A stretch of 64,000 nucleotides of DNA from SAR202 cluster bacterium (GTDB lineage: Bacteria > Chloroflexota > Dehalococcoidia > Lucifugimonadales > UBA826): NCBI GenBank assembly GCA_009392815.1, contig VFFS01000055.1:66-64065 (forward strand), read 5' to 3'. Shown here one piece after another: positions 39,213 to 48,837 of the stretch. The stretch's first letter is position 1. The number at the start of each line of letters is the position of its first letter. The position numbers were made by a program, and so were the translations under genes. The notes beneath the pieces were generated by a model, which saw only the letters and a list, made by a program, of their open reading frames with translations, searched no databases and was not told the origin of the DNA.

Positions 39213-40049
39213 TTAATCTTTAGAAGCAACCAAGAATGGTGCCGTGGCTTCAGATCCATCTGAACCAATCGCGGTTAGAGTGTAAACACCCTCACTTAGT
39301 CCAACTGCAACCTCTACCTGAAATGCGCCGTTCTTATTGGCTTCCGCACCGGCAAGTATATTCCCACCAGCCCACAAACTTATCATCTCTCCCTTATTAA
39401 ACCCTGACCCGTATGCCACAGTAGTTTCACCCGGAGATCCCGGACTTATCGCCAAGTTGGAAGAAGGAGAAGTCGCCGCTACAGCGTCGTCACTTATGAC
39501 GATGGCTGTGCTGGCCACACTCCCTGATCCTCCCGTAGCCTCCAATGTCGCGGCTCCACCAGCTCGCGAGATAACATTGCTATCTTCACTGATTGATGCG
39601 AAGGTGACCTCAAACGCTCCTGCGCCATTAGCCGCAACTTGAGCGCCACGACCACCACCAACAATCACAGACAAATTTTCATCCACATGGAGTTGAATAA
39701 TAACGGCCTCGCCAGCCTCAAATCCACCACCTGTAACGGTGAGTTCATCACCCATGCCGACAGATGAACTGCTCGCGGACAAGCTAGCCTTCGGGATTGC
39801 CGGGGCATCAGCACCGGGAGCACCGGCAGGACCTTGTGGTCCGGGAGCACCAGGAGCACCAGGATTACCCGGGAGACCAGGCAGACCAGGCTCACCTTGA
39901 GGGCCCGCAGACCCAGGGGCACCAGGATTACCTGGGTTACCTGGAAGACCGGGAGAACCAGGATCTCCTTGACAACCCACTAGAGCAATTATTACTACTG
40001 AGAAAACCAGGGCTGTCACCAGTCCCCGCACATTTATTAGCTTTCTCAT
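39213..40049 (-). CDS. Collagen-like surface lipoprotein with two C-terminal beta-rich (Ig-like) repeats
   Basis: Lipobox LVGC, 18 Gly-X-Y triplets, duplicated G.....G.GF..GE...AN..GAF.V units; RBS GAGGGGG. Confidence 0.85.
   Translation of the reverse strand: MRKLINVRGLVTALVFSVVIIALVGCQGDPGSPGLPGNPGNPGAPGSAGPQGEPGLPGLPGNPGAPGAPGPQGPAGAPGADAPAIPKASLSASSSSVGMGDELTVTGGGFEAGEAVIIQLHVDENLSVIVGGGRGAQVAANGAGAFEVTFASISEDSNVISRAGGAATLEATGGSGSVASTAIVISDDAVAATSPSSNLAISPGSPGETTVAYGSGFNKGEMISLWAGGNILAGAEANKNGAFQVEVAVGLSEGVYTLTAIGSDGSEATAPFLVASKD
39807..39968 (-). repeat. Collagen Gly-X-Y repeat region (18 triplets)
   Basis: [54 protein letters not shown]. Confidence 0.9.
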
Positions 40050-40159
40050 TTGACCCCCTCTTCTACATGGAGAATCCAGATTTGTACTAGCCCAACAAGT
40101 AGCGCCGCAATGCCGACGCCTGTTCCGGTCGCTGAAACCAACAACTCACGAACGGTCCC

Positions 40160-40189
40160 ATCATATTAATCACTATAAGGCGATGTCAA
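40160..40189 (-). promoter_or_regulatory. Sigma70 promoter for the collagen-like lipoprotein gene
   Basis: TTGACA-N18-TATGAT on the minus strand. Confidence 0.6.
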
Positions 40190-40397
40190 GACATTTTGAC
40201 CTCTACTTTAGGCAGTGATAATCCCTGCCTCCCGCATGCAGGTTATCGACATAACAAACACCACCCAAATACACACAGCAATTCTGGGAAAAAGACTCCA
40301 AATTCACAGCAAGATTTCGAGCTTAGGCTGTTATACTTAGGCAGTTAAATAAGAAAAGATTTATGGCAGCATTTTTAATTCACAAGGGTAATATTAG

Positions 40398-41645
40398 ATG
40401 AATGAGAACGTGAAAAAGAGCTACACATCTTCATGGATCACAATGGGTATCTTTGCAGCCCTAGGGATACCATCATTTATCATAGTCTTCGCTAATCTCC
40501 ACTTCGATCCAGTTCTATTGGCGTTCATATTCGGTATGGGTATTGTGGGCGGCGCCTTCCTAATATCTTGGGGTGCAGAAGCGGCCCAGGTAGACATATC
40601 TGCCTCATTTGCTATCGCTATACTTGCTTTAATCGCCATACTCCCAGAGTACGCTGTTGAAGCAGTTTTGGCATGGGATGCAGGGCAATCATACCTGGAA
40701 GCCTCCGCTGCGGGACAAGTTTTTAGTGCGGGCAGCGCCGTCACAGACGAAATGGAACGTGTGGCAGCGAACGTGACGGGTGCAAACAGGTTACTTATTG
40801 GCCTTGGCTGGTCCGCTGTAATATTAATATTTTGGCTTAAGAGGCGTTCTACTCTAAACATCAGAGGCACGATGGGACTAGAGATAATAATGCTTATAAT
40901 AGCAACCCTGGTCACATTTCTTATATTCTTTATGCAGCAAGTACATATCGTCGTGGCAGTTGCTTTAATTGCACTCTACCTCGTATATCTGTGGATAAGC
41001 TCTACTAAAGAAGCAGAAGAACCTGAACTTATGGGCCCTTCTCTTGCTATTGGTGAACAGAGCAAAATAGTGAGACGCCTGCTAGTACTTGGACTGTTTC
41101 TTTATGCTGCGATAGTAATCATTGTTGCAGCCCATCCATTCGTCCATGCACTGGTTGAAAGCGGTTTGGAACTCGGCATAGACGAATTTATCCTCATACA
41201 ATGGATAGCGCCATTAGCCTCCGAATCACCCGAAATAATAATAGCTGTGTTATTCAGTCTTAGAGCTAACGCTATTGCAGGACTCACAACCCTAATATCC
41301 GCTGAAGTCAATCAATTAACTTTGCTTGTCGGGAGCATGGTAGGTGTATTTAGCCTGTCGGCAGGAGAGTTATTACATTTTCCTCTAAATCACATGCAAT
41401 CTGTCGAATTTTTATTAACAGGTGCAGTATCAGCATTAGGTGTAATGTTTGTCATCAGCCGGGTTATTAGTTGGAAAGCAGGTCTAATACTCCTAGTATT
41501 ATTTATAGCCCATTTGCCTTTCACCGACTCGTCAGAAAGACTCTATTTTACCTACATATATCTCGCCCTAGCCTTACTGTATGGAATTTACAATTTATAC
41601 CTATGGAGGTCCGGAGAACTTTCAAGCAAGAATGCCTCAGATTAA
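40398..41645 (+). CDS. Sodium/calcium (CaCA family) antiporter
   Basis: Alpha repeats AILPEYAV...ANVTGAN and PLASESPE...SAEVNQ; many TM helices. Confidence 0.88.
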   Translation: MNENVKKSYTSSWITMGIFAALGIPSFIIVFANLHFDPVLLAFIFGMGIVGGAFLISWGAEAAQVDISASFAIAILALIAILPEYAVEAVLAWDAGQSYLEASAAGQVFSAGSAVTDEMERVAANVTGANRLLIGLGWSAVILIFWLKRRSTLNIRGTMGLEIIMLIIATLVTFLIFFMQQVHIVVAVALIALYLVYLWISSTKEAEEPELMGPSLAIGEQSKIVRRLLVLGLFLYAAIVIIVAAHPFVHALVESGLELGIDEFILIQWIAPLASESPEIIIAVLFSLRANAIAGLTTLISAEVNQLTLLVGSMVGVFSLSAGELLHFPLNHMQSVEFLLTGAVSALGVMFVISRVISWKAGLILLVLFIAHLPFTDSSERLYFTYIYLALALLYGIYNLYLWRSGELSSKNASD

Positions 41646-41692
41646 CAATCTCTTGTAACTTAGACAGTGGCAATATATATCCCAATTCCTGC

Positions 41693-41767
41693 GCCCCTGT
41701 AGCTCAGCGGATAGAGCACTGGCCTCCGGAGCCAGGTGCGCGGGTTCGAGTCCCGCCGGGGGTACCA
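41693..41767 (+). tRNA. tRNA-Arg (anticodon CCG)
   Basis: GCCCCTG acceptor stem, TAGCTCAGCGGATAGAGC D arm, CTGGC-CTCCGGA-GCCAG anticodon arm, GGTTCGAGTCC T arm, encoded CCA. Confidence 0.97.
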
Positions 41768-41814
41768 GCGACTTCCCACTCTTGATCTTCGTACTCAGTA
41801 ACTGGATGAATAAC

Positions 41815-42702
41815 CTATATCTCTTCAGGAATCCACTTGGCCGGTTGAGTCGAAAGATTTTCCATTCCAGTCTCTTTGCAAAGTTGCGAAAACAGCACCT
41901 TGTGTGCTCCTTTCCATTCCAAATCCAAAACAGTTTCAACTATTGGAACATCGAGTCTCAGCGTAGCTAACTTCTTATAGAGTGCGACATCTTTACGATG
42001 CTCTTCAAGGCTGAGACCTAAAGCAGCTGCAGACCTGACCGTTACATCCCATAATCGGTAATCTGAAGGTATCTGCTCGATATAATGATACCTAGCCAGT
42101 AGAGTAGAACTAGATTTTGCTCCCCATTTAGGTATACCAGGAATGCCATCAGATGTATCCCCCATTAAAGCCAAATAGTCTGGAATAGATTTCGGAGCCA
42201 CACCAAATTTATTTTTTACGCCCTCTTCATCAAGCACTCGATCCCTTCTACGATCCAAACATACTACCTTTTTACCCCTGACCGCTTGCGCCAAGTCTTT
42301 GTCAGGAGAACAAATCACTACTCTCTCTATTGAGGGATCTCTGCAATATTTTGCAGCGGCTGAACCTAGAGCATCGTCGGCCTCAAATTCCTGCATTGGC
42401 CAGCAGACAATACCCAAAGCGCTTACTGCTCTTTCAGCCAAAAGAAATTGCATTTTTAATTCCTCAGGAGTGGAAGATCCATCTTTGTAGTCAGGAAAAA
42501 TTTCATTTCTAAACGATTCAACTTCGCTGTCAAAAGCAACTGCAATATGGGTGGTTTTATTAGCTCTTAACATTGAAAGTAGCGTTTGAATTAATCCTCG
42601 GACGGCGGATACATGCATTCCATCAGGAGCAATTCTGGGTGGCTGTCCAAAATGAGACCTAAACAATTCGTAGGTGCCATCGACTAAATGTACTTCTGTC
42701 AT
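41815..42702 (-). CDS. Stand-alone 5'-3' exonuclease / flap endonuclease
   Basis: LVDGTYELFR, AFD, FRN...YK, EADD, SPDKDL.Q, LMGDTSDGIPGIP..G.K H3TH motif. Confidence 0.92.
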   Translation of the reverse strand: MTEVHLVDGTYELFRSHFGQPPRIAPDGMHVSAVRGLIQTLLSMLRANKTTHIAVAFDSEVESFRNEIFPDYKDGSSTPEELKMQFLLAERAVSALGIVCWPMQEFEADDALGSAAAKYCRDPSIERVVICSPDKDLAQAVRGKKVVCLDRRRDRVLDEEGVKNKFGVAPKSIPDYLALMGDTSDGIPGIPKWGAKSSSTLLARYHYIEQIPSDYRLWDVTVRSAAALGLSLEEHRKDVALYKKLATLRLDVPIVETVLDLEWKGAHKVLFSQLCKETGMENLSTQPAKWIPEEI

Positions 42703-42718
42703 GGAGCTTTTCGCTCAA

Positions 42719-43690
42719 CTAAAACCAATTGGACTTATCCACGATATTCATAAGTTGTTTCCCATCAGAAAATCTCTTGCAATTCTCCAGAAACAACTCT
42801 GTTCTCCTTTCTGGAAGATAAGGACCTTCTCCCGCAACATGCGGAGTAATTAAAATGCCTGGAGCAGTCCAAAGCGGATGATCTTTAGGAAGAGGTTCTA
42901 TCTGAAAAACATCCAGCGCAGCTCCTCTTAGATCTCCTTCCCTGAGCCCTTCATTGAGATCATCCAAAACAACAGTAGCTCCCCTTCCAATATTTATAAA
43001 ATACGCTTCATTTTTCATCTTGGAAAAGAACGTCTTGTCGAAGTAATTCTGTGTACGAGGCGTTTCAGGTACTGTACTCACGACAAAATTTGCCCTTGGA
43101 ATCAAGAAATCAACTTCATCTGGATGAACAAGTTCATCAACAAAATCCAGAGAATCTTCAACCCTTGGATCACTCGCTATCACTGTCATTCCAAAACTTT
43201 TGCATAAGCGTGCAGTTTCGGCACCTATGCCTCCAATTCCAATTATCAACACAGTAGAATCCGGAAGATGAACAATCGGGTAGTTCGGTCTTCGCCACTC
43301 GCCTTTGATTTGATGCGGAAAATAAAGATTTAGACCCCTTGCGAAGGCCAAAATAAAAGACAAAATATGAGTGCTTATATGGTCGTTGTAAATATCCCTT
43401 GTATTGGTCACAACGACATTGCTGCTAATCAAGTCGCTGTGATACCAGCCAGCGGGAGGCCCGGCTTGAGGGCATGCAAGCCATTTTAAATTGTTAGCAT
43501 GCCTAAATATTGTAGGGCCTATATTCCCAAAAGCTGCGTCAACATCCCTAATAGACTCTATCGCTTCACCTTCTGAATCCGCTACTGTGACCTCAATATC
43601 TGGGATTAGGTTTTTCAGAGCTTCCGGCCATGTTTGTAAATTATGTTCCGGATGCCCGTCTGGAGCATAAAGTAGAAGCTTGAAACTCAT
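42719..43690 (-). CDS. D-2-hydroxyacid dehydrogenase family protein
   Basis: IIGIGGIG, NIGRG, AALDVF..EPLP..HPLW, ITPHVAG. Confidence 0.93.
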   Translation of the reverse strand: MSFKLLLYAPDGHPEHNLQTWPEALKNLIPDIEVTVADSEGEAIESIRDVDAAFGNIGPTIFRHANNLKWLACPQAGPPAGWYHSDLISSNVVVTNTRDIYNDHISTHILSFILAFARGLNLYFPHQIKGEWRRPNYPIVHLPDSTVLIIGIGGIGAETARLCKSFGMTVIASDPRVEDSLDFVDELVHPDEVDFLIPRANFVVSTVPETPRTQNYFDKTFFSKMKNEAYFINIGRGATVVLDDLNEGLREGDLRGAALDVFQIEPLPKDHPLWTAPGILITPHVAGEGPYLPERRTELFLENCKRFSDGKQLMNIVDKSNWF

Positions 43691-43776
43691 TAATGCACAC
43701 CTCGATAAATGGAGTGGCCATATCCTAGCACCGAAAGAAATATATCTCTAATCGAATATATTCGCATTTCAGATTA

Positions 43777-44757
43777 CTAGCGCGTATGAGGATTCAATAC
43801 GTCACTCAAAGCATCTCCAAGCAGATTCCAACAGAGTACCAACGACCATGCAACGAACCCAGGTGCAATAAGCATCCAAGGCACAACTCTTAGTGCACTT
43901 ATACTACCTGCCTCCAAAAGCATGGTCCCAAGACTTGGTCTGGGAGGCTGAATACCAAGACCAAGCCAACTAAGGATAATTTCTGTTCCTACTAGGGCCC
44001 CCATGCCCATCGACACTGTGACTATAATCGGGCCAATAGCGTTTGGTAATAGATGGACAAAAAGAACCCTGGGGGTCGATGCCCCGGCAGCGACTGCTGC
44101 ATCAACATATTGGGTCTGTTTGAGAGACAAAACTTGACCCCGAACGAGACGAGCCATCCCTATCCATGAAAAGGAAACGAGAGCTAGTGCAACAACCAAA
44201 TAGTCAGCAATACCAGTCTTCACTAGACCATCCAAAAAAGTATTATCTTCTAGCCAGTAGACAACTTCCAAAACCCGTTGACGTAATGTGGCCGCCAGAA
44301 TAATTACAAGCAAAATATCGGGAAAAGACGCAAATACTTCTCCAATCCTCATGATCATAGAATCCGTCTTTCCACCAAAGTAACCAGAGATAAGACCAAG
44401 GGAAACCCCCAAAATAAGCCCCCCTGTTACCATCGTAACAACGGTAATGACGACCGTATTTTGTATTCCCCACAATACACGGCTTAAAACATCTCTACCC
44501 TTCATGTCAGTACCAGCCCAGTGTTGTAGAGTAGGTGACTCTCTAATGTGGAGGTAGTCTTGATCGTTATATTCATATGGAGCAATCCAGGGAGCAAGAA
44601 TTCCAGCAAGATATATGAGAATTATTACTCCCAGGCATACCACTGCAAGTTTTTTGCGAAGTAGTCTTTCAAATGCCCTTCTTAAATGGCCTCGATTTTC
44701 CTCAAATCCAACCAAAGGTTTGGATATTGATGAAGCACCATCGTTCACTTTATTCAC
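43777..44757 (-). CDS. Peptide/nickel ABC transporter permease (DppC/OppC-like)
   Basis: HWAGTD..GRDVLSR, ARLVRGQVLSLK..YVDAA.A.GAS, HLLPN. Confidence 0.93.
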   Translation of the reverse strand: MNKVNDGASSISKPLVGFEENRGHLRRAFERLLRKKLAVVCLGVIILIYLAGILAPWIAPYEYNDQDYLHIRESPTLQHWAGTDMKGRDVLSRVLWGIQNTVVITVVTMVTGGLILGVSLGLISGYFGGKTDSMIMRIGEVFASFPDILLVIILAATLRQRVLEVVYWLEDNTFLDGLVKTGIADYLVVALALVSFSWIGMARLVRGQVLSLKQTQYVDAAVAAGASTPRVLFVHLLPNAIGPIIVTVSMGMGALVGTEIILSWLGLGIQPPRPSLGTMLLEAGSISALRVVPWMLIAPGFVAWSLVLCWNLLGDALSDVLNPHTR

Positions 44758-44758
44758 C

Positions 44759-45688
44759 TCAGGAAAGCCTTATACGAGGATCGATAAAAGTGTAAGCAAT
44801 ATCCGCTATCAAATTTGCAATGACAAACGCTGAGGAAGTGATAATAGTAATCGCCATAATTACTGGGTAATCTCTATTAAAAATAGACTGTATTGCAAAG
44901 TCCCCCACCCCAGGAATCCCCAATATACGCTCAGTTATAAACCCTGTGGTCAGCATTCCTGCTAATGAAAACGACAAAACAGTCACTATTGGTATGAACG
45001 AGTTTCGAAGTATATGCCTGTAGTCAATTAATATAGGGTGCAAACCCTTTGAATGGGCCGTTCTTATAAAATCTCTTCCCATAACATCGAGAGTACTAGC
45101 CCTCATCAGTCTGGCAAGTCCAGCAACTCCAGGTATACCCATAGTAATGGCAGGCACAATTATCCTAACGTCAAACAAGCCTCCCCAGCCTGAGCAAGGT
45201 ACCCAACTTAACTTTAAACATAGACCCCATAAAACCAATGGAATACTGACCATTATGGGTACCGACATGAGAACCAAGCTTACTGTAACGGCTGCCGGAT
45301 CCAACCAAGTTCCTTGTTTGTGAGCAATCCAAAAACCTAGTGGTAATCCTATAGATAAACTTACAAACATTGCGGCTAAATTGACTTGAAACGAAACCCA
45401 CATTTTTGAAGCCAGCAAAGAACCTACGGATTTACCCCGATATCTCAGACTCTCCCCAAAATCTCCCCTCAAAACACCCCACATATAGTCAGCATATTGG
45501 ACAATTACAGGTCTATTTAAACCAAAGGATTCTCTTAGTCTTTCTGCGACAATCGGGTCATATTTTGTACCCATCATGACCTGAACTGGGTCGCCCGGCC
45601 CGTAGGTACCAAGAACAAATGTTACCGCTGAAACTGCAGTTAATAAAAACGGTACCCACATTATCCGCCGAAGAACAAATTGCCACAT
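44759..45688 (-). CDS. Peptide/nickel ABC transporter permease (DppB/OppB-like)
   Basis: PGDP, GDFGES, AR..R...LDV...DFIRTA.SKGL, RDYPVI, D..Y..IDPRIR. Confidence 0.93.
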   Translation of the reverse strand: MWQFVLRRIMWVPFLLTAVSAVTFVLGTYGPGDPVQVMMGTKYDPIVAERLRESFGLNRPVIVQYADYMWGVLRGDFGESLRYRGKSVGSLLASKMWVSFQVNLAAMFVSLSIGLPLGFWIAHKQGTWLDPAAVTVSLVLMSVPIMVSIPLVLWGLCLKLSWVPCSGWGGLFDVRIIVPAITMGIPGVAGLARLMRASTLDVMGRDFIRTAHSKGLHPILIDYRHILRNSFIPIVTVLSFSLAGMLTTGFITERILGIPGVGDFAIQSIFNRDYPVIMAITIITSSAFVIANLIADIAYTFIDPRIRLS

Positions 45689-45820
45689 GTGTTCTATCCG
45701 TCACAGCTGTTGTAACTAACTAAAAATAGCCTCGTAAAAGGAGTCCAATTTAAACTCAACATTCGTGACTACTCCATATTCTGTTAGAAGCAATAACAGT
45801 GCGATCAGCTTCCCAAGAAA

Positions 45821-47563
45821 TTAATCTTGAATATAAACATGCCTCATTTTTGGCACTATCATAGGCGTGACAACATACCCCTTAACATATGGCTTGATAA
45901 GCAGATGTCTCTCTCCTGCGAACCATAACGGTAACCATGGAGCATCAGCCACTATTGATTCCTCAGCCTGACCGTATAGCTCCATTCGCTTTACAACATC
46001 AACCTCCACCCTAGCCTCCTCCAAAATGCTGTCCACGTCAGTGTTTGAGTATGCCCCGTTGTTATTCTCGCTTTCTGTGTGGAACAGTATATCTAAAAAG
46101 TCCTGTGGATCAGGATAATCAGCCTCCCAACCAAGACCCCCAAAGGCCTGAAATTTTTGCCGATCTAGATCTCTAAGATATGTTGCCCATTCAACCTGTT
46201 GAATTTCAACTTCAACACCCAACACATCTAGCCACATATTAATGATCACCTCCAAATCAAGGTTTGGAGTCCCACCAGAACCGGGAATTGTTACTATGAT
46301 TCTTGGTCTGCTAGAAGGGTCTGCATATGCAGACTCAGAAAGAAGCTTCTTGGCCAAAACTGGATCATATCTAAGGCCTTCTAAATTTTCGTTATGTCCC
46401 GGAAAACCAGGAGGAAGTATTCCATAGGCAGGAACTACAAGATCAGCGAGAACTTCCCTAGCGATTAGTTCCTTGTCTACAGCATGATTTAATGCCTGCC
46501 TGAACTTAGGATCGTCAAATGGAGGCTGCTGAGCATTAAAACCAATATAGGAAATTGAAAAACTAGGATTCGCCACTACCAAGTCAGAGTGTAACGGGTC
46601 ACTGGGGTCTTTTATTCTTTCAAGATCAAAAAGTCCCACGCCTGTTATATCTATTTCATCGTTTTCATACATCGCCATAGATGAACCACCAGCCAGATTC
46701 ATCTGAATCTTTTTTAACCCAACATCACCAAGATGATATGCGTCGTGTCTTTCCAAAATTAATCGCTCACCAATTTTGTATTCGACTAACTTAAACGGCC
46801 CAGTACCATTGGGCTCATCAGTCCAGTTCCTCCCACCAGATTCAACGTTTTCTCGATCCAAAACATATGCCGTCGGATATGTAAGTTTCTGCAGAAAATA
46901 TGCTTTGGGGGAATCAATTTTGATCTGGATCGTCCTATCATCTACTACTGTGACGCCACTTATTTGGTCTGTCATCCCGTCCAAAACCTCTTCAACGCCA
47001 ATGATATCTCCCAGATAGGTCTCGGCCACAGGTGAGGCAGTATCAGGATTAGCTGCTCGTTCTAAAGACCATTTAATGTCAGCCGCTGTAACTGGTTTAC
47101 CGTTGTGAAAAACCGCCGTGTCACGTATAACGAAAGTATAAGTGAGAGAATCGGACGATATTTCAAAACTTTCCGCTAAATCCGGAACTAGATTCAAGTC
47201 TGTGTCGAAAGATACAAGCCCCCCAAATATCTCAACGACCAGCCCTGAGGATGTTGTATCAGACGTCAGGTGAGGATCTAGTGTGGGTGGATCCGACCAT
47301 AGGCGATTAAAGACACCATCTTGTCCTTCATTACCAATTGCAGACGCGTCAGCCAGAGTAAGAGGCTCAGTCTTGGTAATACCCGTTCCAGAAGTCCCTC
47401 CTGTCGCCATAGGAGACTCTTTTACTGGCTCCAAGTCAGCCGGTTGTTCCAAATCCGCAGATCCCCCACATCCGACAGCAGCAATTAAAAACACAACCAC
47501 TAACCCAACTAAAAGTGGTAATTTAATTCTTGATGAGTGATTTTTATTTGACCTAATTCTCAA
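45821..47563 (-). CDS. Peptide ABC transporter substrate-binding lipoprotein (family 5)
   Basis: Lipobox AVGC, PTLDP, PDLAES, FHNGKPVTAAD, GTGPFKL, PPFDD.K.RQA, WEADYPDP. Confidence 0.93.
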   Translation of the reverse strand: MRIRSNKNHSSRIKLPLLVGLVVVFLIAAVGCGGSADLEQPADLEPVKESPMATGGTSGTGITKTEPLTLADASAIGNEGQDGVFNRLWSDPPTLDPHLTSDTTSSGLVVEIFGGLVSFDTDLNLVPDLAESFEISSDSLTYTFVIRDTAVFHNGKPVTAADIKWSLERAANPDTASPVAETYLGDIIGVEEVLDGMTDQISGVTVVDDRTIQIKIDSPKAYFLQKLTYPTAYVLDRENVESGGRNWTDEPNGTGPFKLVEYKIGERLILERHDAYHLGDVGLKKIQMNLAGGSSMAMYENDEIDITGVGLFDLERIKDPSDPLHSDLVVANPSFSISYIGFNAQQPPFDDPKFRQALNHAVDKELIAREVLADLVVPAYGILPPGFPGHNENLEGLRYDPVLAKKLLSESAYADPSSRPRIIVTIPGSGGTPNLDLEVIINMWLDVLGVEVEIQQVEWATYLRDLDRQKFQAFGGLGWEADYPDPQDFLDILFHTESENNNGAYSNTDVDSILEEARVEVDVVKRMELYGQAEESIVADAPWLPLWFAGERHLLIKPYVKGYVVTPMIVPKMRHVYIQD

Positions 47564-47599
47564 TTCCTTCTCCTATAAATTAATATCAACCACTAGAAT

Positions 47600-48701
47600 T
47601 TATTCGTCTCCCACTTGAGACGTAAGATAAGCAGATATGAAGTCGTCTATATCCCCGTCAAGAACGTCACCTGTTGATGACGTTTCTAGCCCAGTCCTAT
47701 GATCCTTGACCATCTGATACGGGTGCAAGACATAACTTCTGATCTGATTACCCCATTCAGCTGATATATGTTCACCTTTAATTTGTGCTATCTCCTCTTC
47801 CTTCTTTTTTCTTTCCAGATCCACAAGGCGTGCCGTAAGTATCCGCATTGCTATTTCACGGTTTTGATGCTGCGACCGTTCATTTTGGCAGGTAACAACA
47901 ATGTTTGTTGGCACATGCGTGAGACGCACTGCCGTGGAGTTTTTCTGAACGTTTTGGCCTCCGTGTCCACCAGCTCGAAAAACATCTAATCGTATATCAT
48001 CGGAATTAATATTTATATCAATACCTTCCTCCACCTTGGGCAATATTTCTGCCAGCGCAAACGATGTATGCCTAGCATGATCGTTATCAAAAGGTGAAAT
48101 TCTCACAAGTCTGTGAACTCCTTTTTCAGACCGCAAATGCCCGTATGCAAAGTCTCCAGACACCTGTATAACCGCACTTTTGACTCCAGATTCTTCCCCA
48201 TATGATCTATCCAAAACATCACATTGGAACCCTCTACGTTCAGCCCATCTGGTGTACATACGAAGTAACATCGACGCCCAATCCTGGGAGTCCACTCCCC
48301 CCGCTCCAGCGTGAAGAGCAAGTATCGCATCACGTTGATCATATTCCCCCGAGAGGGTCAACTGAAATTCCATTTCAGAGAGAAGCCGGGCAATCTCGAC
48401 TGTTTCATCCCTAATACTCTTGATCATTTCAGCATCTGACTCGGCAGCCGCTAACTCCAAAAGTTCACATGCTGAATCTGATCTTTCCTGAAGAGAGTTC
48501 CAGCTAGACACTTGCTTATTCAGTAAAGCTAACTCTTTCATTTTGCCCTGTGCAAAAGAACTCACATCCCAGAAACCCGGATCCGAAGCCTCTATTTCAA
48601 GTTCTTTTATTTCGCGTTCCATGGAAGATATGTCAAAGCCGCACCATGATATGGCCGATCTTTTCGCTCAATTCAATTAACCAACTATTAAGATCCTGCA
48701 T
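47600..48701 (-). CDS. prfB: Peptide chain release factor 2 (programmed +1 frameshift)
   Basis: ORF1 MQDLNSWLIELSEKIGHIMVRL ends at CTT TGA C; +1 frame continues DISSMERE...; SPF and GGQ motifs present. Confidence 0.96.
48632..48647 (-). other. prfB +1 frameshift site with internal SD-like element
   Basis: Minus strand ATGGTG-CGG-CTT-TGA-C. Confidence 0.9.
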
Positions 48702-48837
48702 TTGGTTTACTCCGCATAACATTCATACATAGCAATTCGAGTTAGGAGTTATGATGAACCGATAAAGAGGAACGCAGCAACAATTATACCAACATTGAGA
48801 CAGACTCCCCTTTACCAGTTGTTGGTTTCTCCCCAAA

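Noticed and set aside
40200-40397. Cation-sensing riboswitch upstream of the CaCA antiporter
   Set aside because: No yybP-ykoY, M-box or other consensus recognisable by eye; an Rfam scan would be needed
41693-41815. tRNA-Arg as an island integration site
   Set aside because: No duplicate of the tRNA 3' end noticed and no integrase nearby
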